A stretch of DNA of 64,000 bases from Macrostomum hystrix (GCA_950097015.1 CATNEN010000001.1:15686001-15750000); one strand, 5' to 3'; shown: positions 37,931 through 51,181, counted from the first letter of the stretch. The notes: generated by a model not told the origin, from the sequence alone. Numbers and translations: made by a program.

Positions 37931-38433
37931 TATACTGCATCTTTGGACATTGGAACTCATGTGAAGGTGACAGGTGTTTGCAAACATATTGTTCATAATG
38001 TTACCGTTGTACTAGTCCAAAAATGTAATCCACTTTACATGTACGCCTCGCCGATTCCGCCTTAGAGCGATTCTGGTATTATTTTCAGTAACAAGACGTG
38101 AAAACTATCTTCCACTTGACATAATTCACTTTTCTCAGATTGTCAAACTTTGTTACATATCCTCTTAGTTGCTTTTTTCATATATATTTTGAAAAGAACA
38201 AGCAGTCGTAAGTATGTGATTTTCAGCCTTATAGCGATCAACAAAGCAACAGACAAATGTCTTCTCTTCGTCACATTTTCTCTGTCTAAATAACAAACAA
38301 GAAACAGTACAGTGGTACATATATGCGACTTTCAGCCTTAGAGCGATCAACAAAACAACAAGTACCTATATGCTGTTCGTCGCATTTTTTCGGTCTGAAT
38401 TACTAACAACAATTACTAACGTCTGCAGGGCCG

Positions 38434-39072
38434 TCAATCCTGGTAACCGTTTCCGTACGACGGAGGGCGAAGAGCAGGTCTGCTCGCCTGAGACTCCATC
38501 ACCAGTCGCCTTTTCAGTCTGACGTAGCGCAGCTGCTCCAGCAGCACCAGTCGTTGCAAATCGGCGTTGCCCAACTTCTCCGTCTCCTCTGTCTCGCCAG
38601 ACATGCGACGCTTCCTCGCTGGTTCCTTAGGCTGCACGGAGGGTGAACCTCTCTCATCAGCTGGCTGTGGCGAGACGACGGTTGCACTTGCTTGGAATCC
38701 AGCCGCACTTGCCCCTGGAGTTTGCGACATTGTTGGATTCGAATCCGCGTCCATTATGCGGGCCAACCTGGATTCCCATGGAAGAAGTTTTATGGGACGA
38801 TTCCCTGTCCTATTTCGATCCACCTTGCCCTTCATACGCGTCTTCATGTTGGCGATCTTCTTCGATGTTTTGCCGGTCTCGAACAGCTTTCCTGTCAGCA
38901 TTTCTAACTCAGCGCACAATGCTGCAAAGGCCGCCTCCTTCTTCTTCTTCACGACGGGCGTGCTACTCTTTGATAAGAGAACCGGGTGCTTAGAGAGTAC
39001 GTTGACAATGTAGTCGGCTTCCTCCTCGGCTTCCTGTTGACTTTCAGACTCGGCATCCGATGCGGCAGACAT
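38434..39072 (-). CDS. Harbinger Myb/SANT-like DNA-binding protein (212 aa)
   Basis: Uninterrupted ORF with KKIANMK...TGNRPI.L..WE pattern, in the position typical of Harbinger ORF2. Confidence 0.8.
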   Translation of the reverse strand: MSAASDAESESQQEAEEEADYIVNVLSKHPVLLSKSSTPVVKKKKEAAFAALCAELEMLTGKLFETGKTSKKIANMKTRMKGKVDRNRTGNRPIKLLPWESRLARIMDADSNPTMSQTPGASAAGFQASATVVSPQPADERGSPSVQPKEPARKRRMSGETEETEKLGNADLQRLVLLEQLRYVRLKRRLVMESQASRPALRPPSYGNGYQD

Positions 39073-41407
39073 GTTTCTCGAGAGAAGATTGCGCGGTTTC
39101 AATGAAATCTGGTAGCATACTTCACTGGTAGGCTATTTACGTCGCTCAGCTTGCGAACGGTCCAAGGACACAGTTTTGTACACACGGCAGCTCCCATTTC
39201 TACCCCCCACGCAGCGTCTTATAACATGCTCGCAGTTTTTTGCATTGTTTCTGGGCTCCTGCAAAGAGTAATCACGATATACATGTAAAAAATTGGCAAC
39301 CATTCGATGCCAGGACGCTCAATCTCAGGGTAAAATTTCAAAGCAAAGTGACTTTCCTGTCACCTGATGTTCAGGTAAACTCCACATGGATTTTGCCACT
39401 TTCTAGTAGGATTTTTCTGGACGGATTTTCGGTGTTCACGTGGTTTTAGCCATAGACACAGCATGGGCTGCGCCCAAGCCTGAGGAGACGGCCGTCGATT
39501 CCACGTCACCGACATCTTGGTTTGGGCCCTAGACAACTTTCAGCCAAGTGGCAGTCGCCGAGAAAATCTCACGAGCCGAGAAACTTTTATTCATGTCTTT
39601 TCTAGAATATCTTGACTCGTAAGATTTTCTCCAACAGATTTTCTTGCCGGAAAAGAATTTCTTTAAAGAAATTCTTGGCTCGAAAGATAATCTTTAAAGA
39701 TTTTCTCACGTTTTATTCATACGGCCCATTGTGTCTATCTGTACCATCTAGACACAGGCGTGTCACGAAAATATTCAAGAGTTACGAAAAATGTCAACAA
39801 GGACATCTGCTATTACAGTCCGTTGTGAGTGCTTTACCAGGGCCAGTGTAAACCGCTGTACTCCTAAGTCTTGAATTACAAATATGGTCCCTAAAAATTG
39901 CAGACAGCCACCGTACTGCCGTACCCCTATGCTAAAAATTACAGACACGGCCACCATACCCCTACGCTAAAAATTATCTACATGGTCGCTGTGCCCCTAA
40001 GTACAGCGTAAATAAAGTCTAGGCCTAGGCCTAAAGCTAGACTATTATAGGTATTATAGACTATTATACTACATACAAAGAAAGCATGAGGATCCTTCAG
40101 GACCGGCCGCCCCCGGATGTCGATGTCGACAAATTTTTGTCCAGGGCGGCGGTTGTAATCGCTGTCGGCCATCGTAATTGCTGGAAAGGTGTCCAGGACA
40201 TGTGGCTTTCCTATGCGTTTTTCTTTATTCCTTAGGTTATTCTCCAGGTCTTCCTCGAGTTGCTAATCTGTCTACTGCTAGTTAATCTGTGAACATATAA
40301 AACGGTGAAATCTGAGATTGATTCCTTTATTTAATCCCTACTGGATATAGTATATTGAGTCATTAGTAAATATGGCATGTTTGTTTTTTATTTTTCATTA
40401 TTTAATTGTTCTGAATGCTGCGCCAGGCTTCGACCTGATATTCTAGTCGGTTGCGCCACCATGCCAGTCGCACCGACGCCCAAGTTCTGGCTTGGCGAGC
40501 TGCACTACGGATGACGCATTTAATCCAATAGCCCCGACTTATTGTGGCCGATGTTGTATCGTCGGGCCAGCTGTCATCTACGAACTTCTCCAGTTCCGTT
40601 AATATTTTCACCAGTTGGACCCACTTGCGGTTGTTCATCTCTGACTGATGGATGACAGATTGTTGGGCTCGCATGAACCCGACGAGTGGGATATTGGCGG
40701 AGTTCATTGCTAGAAATTTGAATTATGTTTCGGATTCCGGTTTGAATGTTATATTTTTGTCTTTTAATCCTAAGTTCCCTGTGGCATACTTGTTGCTACG
40801 GCCTATCTATTGTAGTTAATGTTTAAATTCAATTGAAATTAAGTTAAACAGAAATAAGTTATGAGGTTATCAAGAAAACGAAACCAAAATACGTTGTATT
40901 GATAGCGAATATACGTTCCTTGAGGTCTCAAGTGAATAATAACATTTCTGGGCCTCTCAGGGTAATAACATGAATTGAATCATAACGTTGTAATGGTTAT
41001 AGCAATGTGGCATGTGGTTATGATGTAGTGTGTTCTGATTTGGGTGTGTCTCATTCACTCTTGGCAAGCTGAATTCTTGACTCTAGTGTGTTTGTTGTCG
41101 GTGTCCTATCTTTGTTTACTGAGGCCATGGTTGGTCTAATCCACTCTGGGCATGTGACTTCTGTAGGGCCTGGTGTACTTTTAGGTCTCTAAGATGGCTC
41201 GGGGGCACTGATGGCTTTATTTTCCATCTCTCGTGATGTACTCTATGGTCCGTACCCCGCGGCGGAGGGGTGGCTGTAATTGTCGCTCACGAGGCCCCGC
41301 GCTTTCTGAGGCTGGGCTATATTAATGCTTTCTCATTAGGGTTCCCTACCCTTTCTAGATTGATTATCTTCGTGTTTTTCCTGTATCATCTACTTCTGTT
41401 CGCTATA

Positions 41408-41659
41408 ATGTCGCGCTACGAAGTGTCTCGGCTTGCAGACCTAATAGTTCTTCTGGAAAAGCGGGTTAGTCGCCTGGAGTCACGTGTAACCATGGAGGCA
41501 GCCCACACAGCTTCTCTGGAGAGCGGATTGTCGGCTGTTCGCGGAATTTCTGGTGGCTTGGGAGCCGGGGGCCTGGTACTAGTGATCGCTGTCGCCATTG
41601 TGCTTTTCTATTGTTTTCGGCGACGCCAGGGCCCCTTGTCCGCTGTTAGGACCGTCTGA
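41408..41659 (+). CDS. Hypothetical small single-pass membrane protein (83 aa)
   Basis: ATG preceded by TATA; heptad-like LEKRVSRLE, TM segment LVLVIAVAIVLFYCF, then RRR. Confidence 0.35.
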   Translation: MSRYEVSRLADLIVLLEKRVSRLESRVTMEAAHTASLESGLSAVRGISGGLGAGGLVLVIAVAIVLFYCFRRRQGPLSAVRTV

Positions 41660-41754
41660 TAAGTGTTAATGGCCGCGCGCCCGACTGAGGCTTTAATTTT
41701 TCTATTTGGCTTATTTCTTCTGGCCACCAGAAGAAGGTAAAGGAAGGTACGTTG

Positions 41755-41829
41755 ATACTGATAGTATAGTGGTCAGTATCTCCGCCTGTCACGTGGAAGG
41801 CCCGGGTTCGACTCCCGGTCAGGGAACCA
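41755..41829 (+). tRNA. tRNA-Asp(GTC)-like copy with genomically encoded CCA and altered first 3 nt
   Basis: A box TAGTATAGTGG, anticodon arm TCCGC-CTGTCAC-GTGGA, T arm CCGGG-TTCGACT-CCCGG, 3' end TCAGGGAACCA. Confidence 0.8.
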
Positions 41830-43378
41830 CGTATAGCGCTTCAAGTTTTATGTCTCTTCTTCTTCACTTGTAGTTTTCCTATAGTTTGTCTAGCGGTTTA
41901 TTACAGTCTAAAAGTCTTGAAGGCTATAACTCCTAACGACTATCAATACTCAGTATACCGGCTGGTCGTAGTGATCTCTCTAGATCGTTATCGCTGATTC
42001 TACTTAAGAAAGAACGCAAACACAATGATTTTCTAGTAAGTTTATCTAAACGGAGCTCAAGGTGAGTCTCTAACTAACTCGCGCGGCGAATCTTTTTCCG
42101 CGCTCCGCACCGATATATATAGTGTCTTTAAAACCCCTCGATCCGAGGGGGAGATAATACCATAGCAACAGTACGCAGGAGAATTGGGGGTGAGTGAGGT
42201 CGTAGCCTCGAGTCTAGTACAGTTATTATCATTAAAATAGTTGGTTGGCAGGCACGCCAACCCCTTTTCTAGGGGGGGTGGGGAAAAGTCTTGAAAATAC
42301 CTTAGTTGAGTTAGTATTCGTTCCCCTTTCTACTGAGATTTCTTTCCTACTGTCCATTATCCCCTTTCCTTTCATCGATCCAGTCTTCTTGTGCGGTCCC
42401 GGCCTCCTCCAGATCTCGTTCCCGATCGGGTCCGGGCGGCTCCAGTTTCGGCCGGGTTGGGTCGATGCAGGCAGCTGCAGGTCGGGACAGGCCGGATTGA
42501 TTCCGGGAGCTCCACGTCAGCACAGCTGCGTTCCGGTCTCGGGCCATTCCACGTCAGCACAGCTGCGGATCCGGTCTCCGGCAGTTCCACGTCAGCGCCT
42601 CTGCGGATCCGGTCTCAGGCAGCTCCACGTCGGCACAGCTGCTGTCCTGCCGAACCGGGCCTGCGCTGAAATGAATAGTTAATCTCTGGGGGCGGATTTT
42701 GTCTAATCATTCTCCTTTCGGCCGCTCGCACTTTCCGCTGTTGCTATTTTTGGCTTTTGCTTCCTACTAACGCCTGCTTAAATTCCATTCAGATTTATAA
42801 GTCTTATAGGCTTATTTATAAGTCTTATCCTGCGCAAGGTAAATGGACGAAGTGACCTGCCGGTGTGCCGAATAATATGGAGATTGCTCATTATTCACAA
42901 GATAAACTTCGAACTATCGCAAAGCTCATCCCAAAAATCTAGTTCGTTCCAACTGGTCGGCCAGAGAAGAGGCATATTAAAGCGGCCGTCCGTCGATAGC
43001 GTTCACGTTCAGGCATCAATACCGGTAGCTGAAAATCAGGCTAAGACGAAACCGGTCTGCCAGAGTCCTCCGTCTCTAAGCTCTCTGATGCCCTCGCAAG
43101 TCAGCGTGTCTGGTGTTAAATTCAGAATTTTGACACCTAATGGCCAGGTGTCCATTTCTGGCCAGCATAATGCGTGTATCAAAAAAATTATTTGTTTGTG
43201 CTAAAGCTTTTTCTTACGAGACTTACTGCTAAATTCGCATTTCTAGTATGAAATTTAAGGATTTCTTACGAAATACTTACTAACCCTTTTGTTAGTTTTT
43301 TGTTAGTTTATAATAACAAAAAATTGTTGATCAAATTTTGTATATGCCGAAGATACTCATGCGTAAATTCCTATTCTA

Positions 43379-44500
43379 CGAGGGTTGTCCGGCGAAATGT
43401 AGGACAGGTACCATAAATTTAAAACAAACAATTGAAACGAAACAACTGTGTCACTTTTTAACATAATCTCCGCCCTTCTCAATGCAACGCTGCCATCGCT
43501 CCAGCCGCTTGTTGAAGGCCTCAGTGAACTGGAAAGCAGCCATGAGGTTGGTGACCCCCTCCCACGCACTCTTGACCTCCTGCATGGTGTCAAACCGGCA
43601 ACCGGCGACTCCGTTTTGACATGTCGGAATAGCCAGAAGTCCGCAGGGGACAAATCAGATGAGTAGGGTGGATTCGGCAACACCCGAAAGCCTCTTCTGG
43701 CAAGAAACTCCCTGGTGTGGGCCGACACGTGTGGACGGGCATTGTCATGCCTTTTGCGTCGAATGTGGTCCCTCAGCGAGTCAAGTACAGTGCAGTAGTA
43801 CTCACTGATTACAGTCTGGCCCTGCTCTACATAATGTCCACAAAGAAAACAATGCGATTGTTTTCTTGGCACTGTGGGCCTTTTTCGGGGCATTGGCATC
43901 CACTGCTTGGACTGGTTCTTGGTTTCTGAGGCATGTAGTGAAGCCGTTTTATCAGAAGTGATACTCGCTGCATAAAGCCCAGCTCACCGCATCATCCGAA
44001 AGAAGTCTTGAGCACAGCGTTTGCGCTCCCTGCGGTTTTCCTTCGTGAGCAGGTGAGGCACCCACCTGGCTGTCATATGCTTGAGCTGCAGGTCATGGAT
44101 AAAAACGTCATTGTCTTGGGAATCCAAGATTCATCTGAGAGCTCCCTGGCAGTGAGGCGCCTGTCCTCCTCAATCAGACGAGCAATAATCTCGATGTTTG
44201 CTGGGGTCCGGACAGTCGGGTCCCTGTTCTTTGCTCAACCACCAGAACCATCGTGGCCAGAGCACACTTGTTCGTAGATTTAGTAAACCTGGCTTTTGGA
44301 CAAAGCATCATCCTGGTAGATGTCCTGCAGGTGGCGAAAACACTCGATCGCAGACTTTCCAGCTTGGTAGAAATCGACAACGATATCTCGCTGTTAAACC
44401 ACTTTGTCAGATTAAGAAACTTCAGTATGGGTAGGACATGGGTATGAAACTTTTTAGGTGCTGCTAAGTCAGAGCTGAAGTTTTTGAGCAGATGCTTCGT
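43379..44500 (-). mobile_element. Degraded mariner transposon
   Basis: TA+CGAGGGTTGTCC TIR at the left end, HDNARPH and PPYSSDLSPADFWLF motifs, multiple frameshifts. Second TIR not found; right end approximate. Confidence 0.85.
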
Positions 44501-44838
44501 CCATAGACTAAATAATATACCTTTTGACAATTGATTTCGCAAAAAAGCCAATGATTTCCCCATTAGCTGAATTCGAAAGCGAGGGCCCAACTGATTGTTC
44601 TGACTATGGATTTGAGGGCAGGAATGAGCGAATCCGAGGGCTGCGAAGCTATGTTGTTTCACGATTGGCCATTGACTAAAACAGCGGGCACGGAATGTCG
44701 TTGTGTGCCCGCTGCCCTGAGAATTCGTCTATGCCCAAAGCCCCTAAAGCCTGTTCATACAGCTGCAGTGAAGAGAGACGTGGAGGCATCGGACTAGAGC
44801 TGAGATTAGCTGCACTGATAGCTTATTCTGACGGCAAC

Positions 44839-46354
44839 ATGCTCAATTTAAGTAAGATAGCAACAGGCCATATTAGTGGCCTGGCTAATTCTGAGCTGCA
44901 GTTTATATCTCGAGTGTCCATGCATGTAGAATCAACGGTAGATCAATTCACTGGGCTGCCGGTCCTGGACCACGCGGAGGTCGAAGAATTCCTGAATTCC
45001 GCTATTGATCCGGAGTGTTCGCTACGAGACTTGGATGCGAAAGAACTTCAAAACATTGAGGACACCGAGGCATCCTTAAAGTCGCCTCCGACATGGGCTA
45101 CTACTCGGAACCACATTGAACGACTTAAGAAGTTCCTCCACGAGAAGAAACTGCCTGAGGACATTGAGCGCATGCCACTGCGTTATGTCGACAGCTATTT
45201 GCGCCTCTGGTATGTAAGTTTAAAAGGAAATCCTGCCGTGGGGACAAAGACATATGCACCGTATTCGACCCGGGGCTTCAGAGCCAGCGTGCACAGGTAC
45301 ATGATTGAGACACGTGCGACTGATGTCATTGGGAATGAGCAATTTCGCCAGAGCAATGAAACCTACTCGTTCGTCCTGCGTTTGAGTTGCCAGTTGAGGG
45401 AGCGAACCGTTGGAGACCAACGAGGATTCAAGGCCATCACGGATTCCGACTTGTCCCTGCTGAGTGCGTACTTCAACCGAAGGGATCCGGAGTGACTGCA
45501 AGACGAAGTGTTTTTTAACATTGTCTACCACTTTGGTTTCCGAGGTCAAGAATGGATAAGGGATCCTTAAGGTATCCTGAAGGTATCCTCACTGCGGTTC
45601 TGCGAGCACGAAGGTGTAGAGTGCATTGACATGGTTCAAACGGGTCCTGAGAAGACTTTGACTGCGGCAAGTATTGAGCAATGTTCAACCGGAAAGCAAA
45701 CGAGGATGTTCAGTACCGGTGGCTCAAAGTGTCCAGTTGAGTCAGTGCAACTGTATCTCGCCAAATTCCCACCTGGTGTGGAGGCACTTTTTCCAAAGCC
45801 CATAAAGGTTCGTGCTGATTCTGATGTCTGGTACTCGGCCAAGCAGGTTTTGGGGAAGAACACGCTAAATGACATGATGAAGAACATCTCGCGGCGTGCA
45901 GGTCTTCAGTTGAAGTACACGAACCACTGCGTTCGTGCCAGTATTGCACAGTGAGAGAAATCAAGACTGTTACAGGTAACTTGTCTCCTGTTATGTTAAT
46001 CATCTAAGTGATTGTGTACCACCTGCGCCCATTAAATAACAGTTCAGTACCTTGCCCCCTCCCACTTTACCAGGCCATCGCACTGATGCTGCAGTTGACC
46101 GCTATGTGAAAAGGATTTCTGAGAAGAGGAAACAGCAAATTTCAAATTCGCTTACGAGTGCTCTGCACGGAACTGTATCGGAGACTGAGGCCACCACCTC
46201 AAAGCGTATGGTCGTCATTGAGACTTTAGAGGCTAGCAACATCAATCAAAGACCGATCGCTATCCCAGCCGTGAGGCAATCAAGCGACCTAAACGACCTT
46301 AAGCCTACCGCTGAACTGGAAAAGGACGGCGTCCGACTTAGTTTCTTCATTTAG
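44839..46354 (+). pseudogene. Crypton-type (DUF3504-like) tyrosine recombinase
   Basis: LQDEVFFNIVYHFGFRGQE, CPVESVQLYL, WY...LGKNTL..MMK.IS...YTNHCVRAS, an intron at about 45977-46073, then GHRTDAAVDRY. Internal stop at 45493-45495 plus indels. Confidence 0.8.
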
Positions 46355-46702
46355 TGGACTATAGACTAACGTGGAGTATTAAAGGAACTCATCTGGTCAC
46401 ATGCAGCCATTGCACACGCTATGTATACGTGACATATCGGTTGTAATTTTAATGCCATGTTCATAAGTTTCACTTTGTACTTTTCAAGTTTAATCGCAGA
46501 AAACACAAAAAATTCATGCGTTACAAACGTTTACGCTTATGCCATAGACAAAATCTTACAATTTTCAGTGTTACCTAAATTTGAAGTATATAAAAACTTA
46601 CAAAATTCAGGGCAAAACCAAGATCTGACAGAACAAATTATCAGTTCCGAGTCCCACTTGGGTGAGTCGCTATCAACATCAGAAAATCCCAAAGAAACAA
46701 GA

Positions 46703-48421
46703 ATGCAACAACCATGGGATCTGTCTGAACGGGAAGCCTTTCTCAATCTTGCCATTGAGCATGACCTAAATTGAATTGATGACGTTCGTCCGGCTGAAAA
46801 ATTTGATTTAATATCCCGAAAGATGCGACAACTCGGGTTCTTCCGAACGACTTCTCAGCTGAAGGCACAATGGTATAATGAAAGACGACGATTCAGGTGT
46901 GGTCTAAATAGTTAAATCAGTATAGTATATCTTGGTCTATAGTGTATCTTTAAGTACCTTAATTGATTTACGAATGATTGTCAGTTATCATTGATTATCA
47001 TATAATTTCGTACGAGTTTTCACCAGAGGTCGCATTGAAGTGAGCTATGCCGCAATGTTTGAGCTCTCAGCTGTCGCATAAGCGACTCCCCTGGCTTGGA
47101 TACGAGCTAGCCGTACATATCTATATTGCAAACTCAGGGTCGGCGGTAGCACTCCCCCGCCCAAAAGCTACCCGATGAGGCGCACCAAAATACTTTTTCT
47201 GTAGGCGCCCATCAAAACGGCTTCTAAAAAGAGCCCCTGCTGTATTTTCCGCCCAATGACACTTTTCGGCGCCCCTCCGACCCTCGATCTCAAATATTCT
47301 GAATCCGCCTCTGAGAAAGCTATTATAACAGTGTATTTTTAGTTTTAAGTTTCATTACTGTAAATACGTTTTTTATAAAAATATATGTAAAAATATATAT
47401 AAAATGAGAAAATTTAAAAACGCGCCAAAAAGAAATATTTTGTTTTATTTTGTACCGTAAGAAAAATAATGCCGCATGTAAATATTTTGTTTTATTTTGT
47501 ATCTTGTAAATAACACTATGTAAAAAGTCGCCATTAAAACAAAAGTTAATTTTTTACTGTATATATAGCCGCAATTTTGAAATTCAAGTCGTTTAAGTCG
47601 TTTAAGTCGTTTGAGCTTGCTAAAGTTTACTAAAGTGTTCTGAAGTTGAAGTTTTCGAAGTGTTTAAGAAGAGTTTCTAAGTGTGTTTTAAATCAAAAGA
47701 TTCAAGTGTTGCATTGTGTTATTCATTTTAAGAGAGGCTAGCAGTGAGAAATATACTCAGAACTATACTCAGAACTATATTCAGGACTATACTCGGAAAT
47801 ATACTCAGAACCATACTCAGAATTATACTTAGAACCATACTCAGAATTATACTAAGAATATTGCAAAAAGGAAACTGCTAAACTCTAATCTTGGGGACGC
47901 CTAATTGACTGGAAACGTGTACAGTTGCCTAGTTACCGCTCGTGCAAATACATACGCTACCATTTGAGAAGCTAAAACGGCCCATTTAAGGACCGCCAGT
48001 CAAATATCTTTTAAATTGAGTCAACAGCAGTGAAATTGTTAAAATAGCCCCGTTACAACTTTGGTGTCTGAAGTGGGATTTCCTTATAAAAGCCTGTTAT
48101 TAAATATTGTAAATTTAGCCCTAGTACACTATAATTCCTTTTTGCATAGTCTATTCAAGCGCCCACCAACTGGGCTCTCCACACGAGAGTGCCACTACCC
48201 ATTCGCAACAATGATGGACGAGTACATGGGTGACAACCCTTCAATTCGTCCGCGGGTGTTGCTGTCATCGATCACATTCTCGAAGGAGGCGTCCGTGTCG
48301 TCCAGTAGCACCATTCCGAAACCGCCGGCACAGGGTGCGTCGGCGTCAGTTAGCAGGCTCACAAAACATTGTAGCCAACCATCTTCGGACCAACAGTTCG
48401 CAACTAAGTTAAAAAATGCAG
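46703..48421 (+). pseudogene. Trihelix Myb/SANT-like DNA-binding gene, spliced (intron 46897-48149), with an in-frame TGA at 46772
   Basis: Exon 1 reads WDLSEREAFL...ISRKMRQLGFFRTTSQLKAQWYNERRRF; exon 2 reads PTG...YPFATMMDEYMGDNPSIRP. Splice phases are compatible. Confidence 0.65.
47751..47858. repeat. ~12-bp tandem repeat (ATACTCAGAAYY-like)
   Basis: About 9 imperfect copies inside the trihelix intron. Confidence 0.85.
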
Positions 48422-49753
48422 GTAAATTAATTTACCTGCATATACTCAATACTCAAACATGGCGTTTATGGGAAATTTTAACAGTTTTAAGTTATGTCGT
48501 CATCCTATAGACCCTCGTATCAGTGCTTGTCGTCAGTGGCAAGCGTTGTTGTCCGAGGACGATCGCGCCGCTGACACTGGTACCACAACTACAGAGGCTG
48601 TTGATAGACACTTTGAATCTTCTTTTCATGTGCAAAGTAAGAAACTAGCTAGAATTAATTTTTCAGTCAATGACCATAGTGCGATGCAGTGTAGTATATT
48701 TCACCTGTTTTAGGTCATGCAACTACCGAGCCTGGTCCAGTAAGTCCGCCAAGTTGGCCTCGGCCTCGGAATTTGGCCCGCCTAGTCCACTATGAATATG
48801 AAAAATAGCCATGACGGCATGCTTATTTTTGTTCTAGAATTTTCTATAGGGCTATAAATACGAGTACAACGAAAATTGTGCACGTTCAGCCAAAACTTGC
48901 CGTCTCTTTCGACTCTCAAGGAACGTATTGTTGCAATGAAACGGAAGCATAGAAGTAAACTAACGCTCCTCGTAGCTAGCCACGGAAAATCTGACGTATA
49001 ATTCTTCAAGAAGAGGAGCCGCACTATAAAAATAATGAACTGTTTTTGCAACTTCTTCGGGAGTACTTCGGCCTACTTCGTTATTCAATAGTTGAGAGCT
49101 AGCTCACAAACACTTCTTATTCACAAACACTTATTATGATTATTCACTCCTCTAAAACATTTTTCCCGAAAACTTATTTCTTAAAAAAATCGAAAATGGA
49201 TAGCGGTAGGGCCGGACCTGTTATCTATTTTTCTTTTGAATTATGAATTTCTTTCATACTTGTTTTTTTGCGCACCAGCTTTTAAACCTTAAAGAATAGT
49301 ACGCATCTAAAAATAATAGACGTACTTTTCAAATCTCAAATATAGTTTTTCTCTGAAAACTTTCATTTCCCTTTATCGGTTAGTTTTCGTTATTTCTTTA
49401 TTTTTAATTTTGCGAAGCTGAGGCTCCTGCAATTCCTATGCAGATAGTCAATATATTTTGAAAATTCCAAAAAACGCCATTGCTGCTACATGTAACCCTA
49501 AGGACCAAACTCCAGCAAATTCATGGATCGACTGGCTAGGAAAGCTAAAGTTGCTCAAATTAATAAAAACATTTTTAAGGGGCTGGCAAGTCATTGCGCT
49601 CATTGAAGGCTGCTTCCGAGCGCCTGATGGCGTGCACGGCATTGTGCTCTAATGAGCTAGGTAAACTTACAAGATCTGGGCGACTTGCATCGTACCAGAT
49701 CTTAATTTTATATCTTTATAAAATTTAGTCGAATGAATAACAAAACGAATGTA

Positions 49754-50627
49754 CGAGGGGTGGTTATTAAGTTCACGGAAAAAGTAACTGAGAAAGATGC
49801 TAGGGACACGAAATTTTACTACAATGTAGGAATGGCCATTCAGTGCTTGCATGCCAAATTTTAGCTCTATCGGCCATAATGATGCGCCGCAGTGGCCAAA
49901 GTTCCACAGAAAACATAATACCCCTGCCTCAGCTTACCGAACGCGACAGGTGGGTAGCCATTCTGGTGCAGTTTCGCCTGGGCAGCACTGCAGCTGCGTG
50001 TCACCAGACACTTCGTGCGGCCCTTGAGGAGGATGCCCCGCTGAAATTCCGCCGAGAACGCAGTGTCGGCAACGGCAAAGTGATGGCGGCTATTTTCTTC
50101 TGTCGCTGCGGGATCCTGCCGCCCGTGCTGCTGGATCACGGTGCCACGGAGACCGCAGAATGGTACACCACAGTCTGCTTGCCGCAGGTTCTTCTTCAAG
50201 CGCTTGCGCAGGAACGACCAAAGATGCATGAGAAGGGCATCTTCCTCCACCAGGACAACGCTCCCGCTCACGGCAAGAATAACCCAGGAATTCCTGCAGG
50301 CGACACGGCTCGTCCAGCTGCCACATCTGGCATATTCTCCGGATCTCGCGCCTGCCGACTTCTTCCTCTTTCCCAGGATGAAGAAGAACCTGAAGGGAAA
50401 GCGCTTCAATTCGAGGGAGGAGCTCGCGGTTGCCCTGCAGACTGAGCTGGACTGCTTCACTAAAGTTGACCTGAGGGGATGCTTTGATGCGTGGTTCTAT
50501 CGCTTGCAGAAGTGCTTGGATCTGGATGGAAGCTTTGTTGAGGTGCTAAGTAGAACGACCTTTCAGTGTGTGAAAACTCAGCCAAATCCGATAATTTTAA
50601 GGACACTTCCGAGAACTTAATAACCAC
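49754..50627 (+). mobile_element. Internally deleted mariner transposon
   Basis: TA+CGAGGGGTGGTTATTAAGTTC left TIR, partial right TIR GAACTTAATAACCAC, motifs HQDNAPAH and YSPDLAPADFFLF. Confidence 0.88.
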
Positions 50628-51181
50628 TAAACGAGTTCATCATTCATTTAACACAATGAATAAAATTTGGCAAATTCAAACAGCGGCTATCGAACGAAAG
50701 AAACTCAGCATGGCAAAACTAGAAGCTCGCAGACAAACTAAGAAACAACCGGAAAACTAACAATTGGCATTTTCTACAGCAAAGTGATGAATTGAATTGA
50801 ACGGAGAAATACACTAATAGAAGCAGAACTGCTTTTTGTAATTTTAGACAAAATGTTATATCAACGGCAAAATATTCAGCGTCCGCTTTGGCAACATCTA
50901 AGGCGATTGACAAAAACAGGACAACAGTGCTGACCACAGCAACAGCGGCGGCGACCAGGCTGAGCTCCTAGCTACTGGCAAAACTAACTAAGCTGGCGAA
51001 AAGGCCCTAACTAGACATGAATAAAGACAAAACCTGACTCAAGTCGAACCAGATCCGAAGATTCTGGACAACCTGGCAACATACATGTAGCTATGCTAGG
51101 ACAAAAATGAAGAGATTTGCGGAAAACAGAGAGCGAAAACCTAAACAGGCATTCAGATCAGTCACACCGCACACGACACGT

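Larger units (their letters stand above)
36536..39727 (+). mobile_element. Autonomous-looking PIF/Harbinger DNA transposon
   Basis: 17-bp TIR GGGCCGTATGAATAAAA, flanks AAT/ATT, subterminal AGAAAATCT-like repeats, convergent transposase and Myb/SANT genes. Confidence 0.95.
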
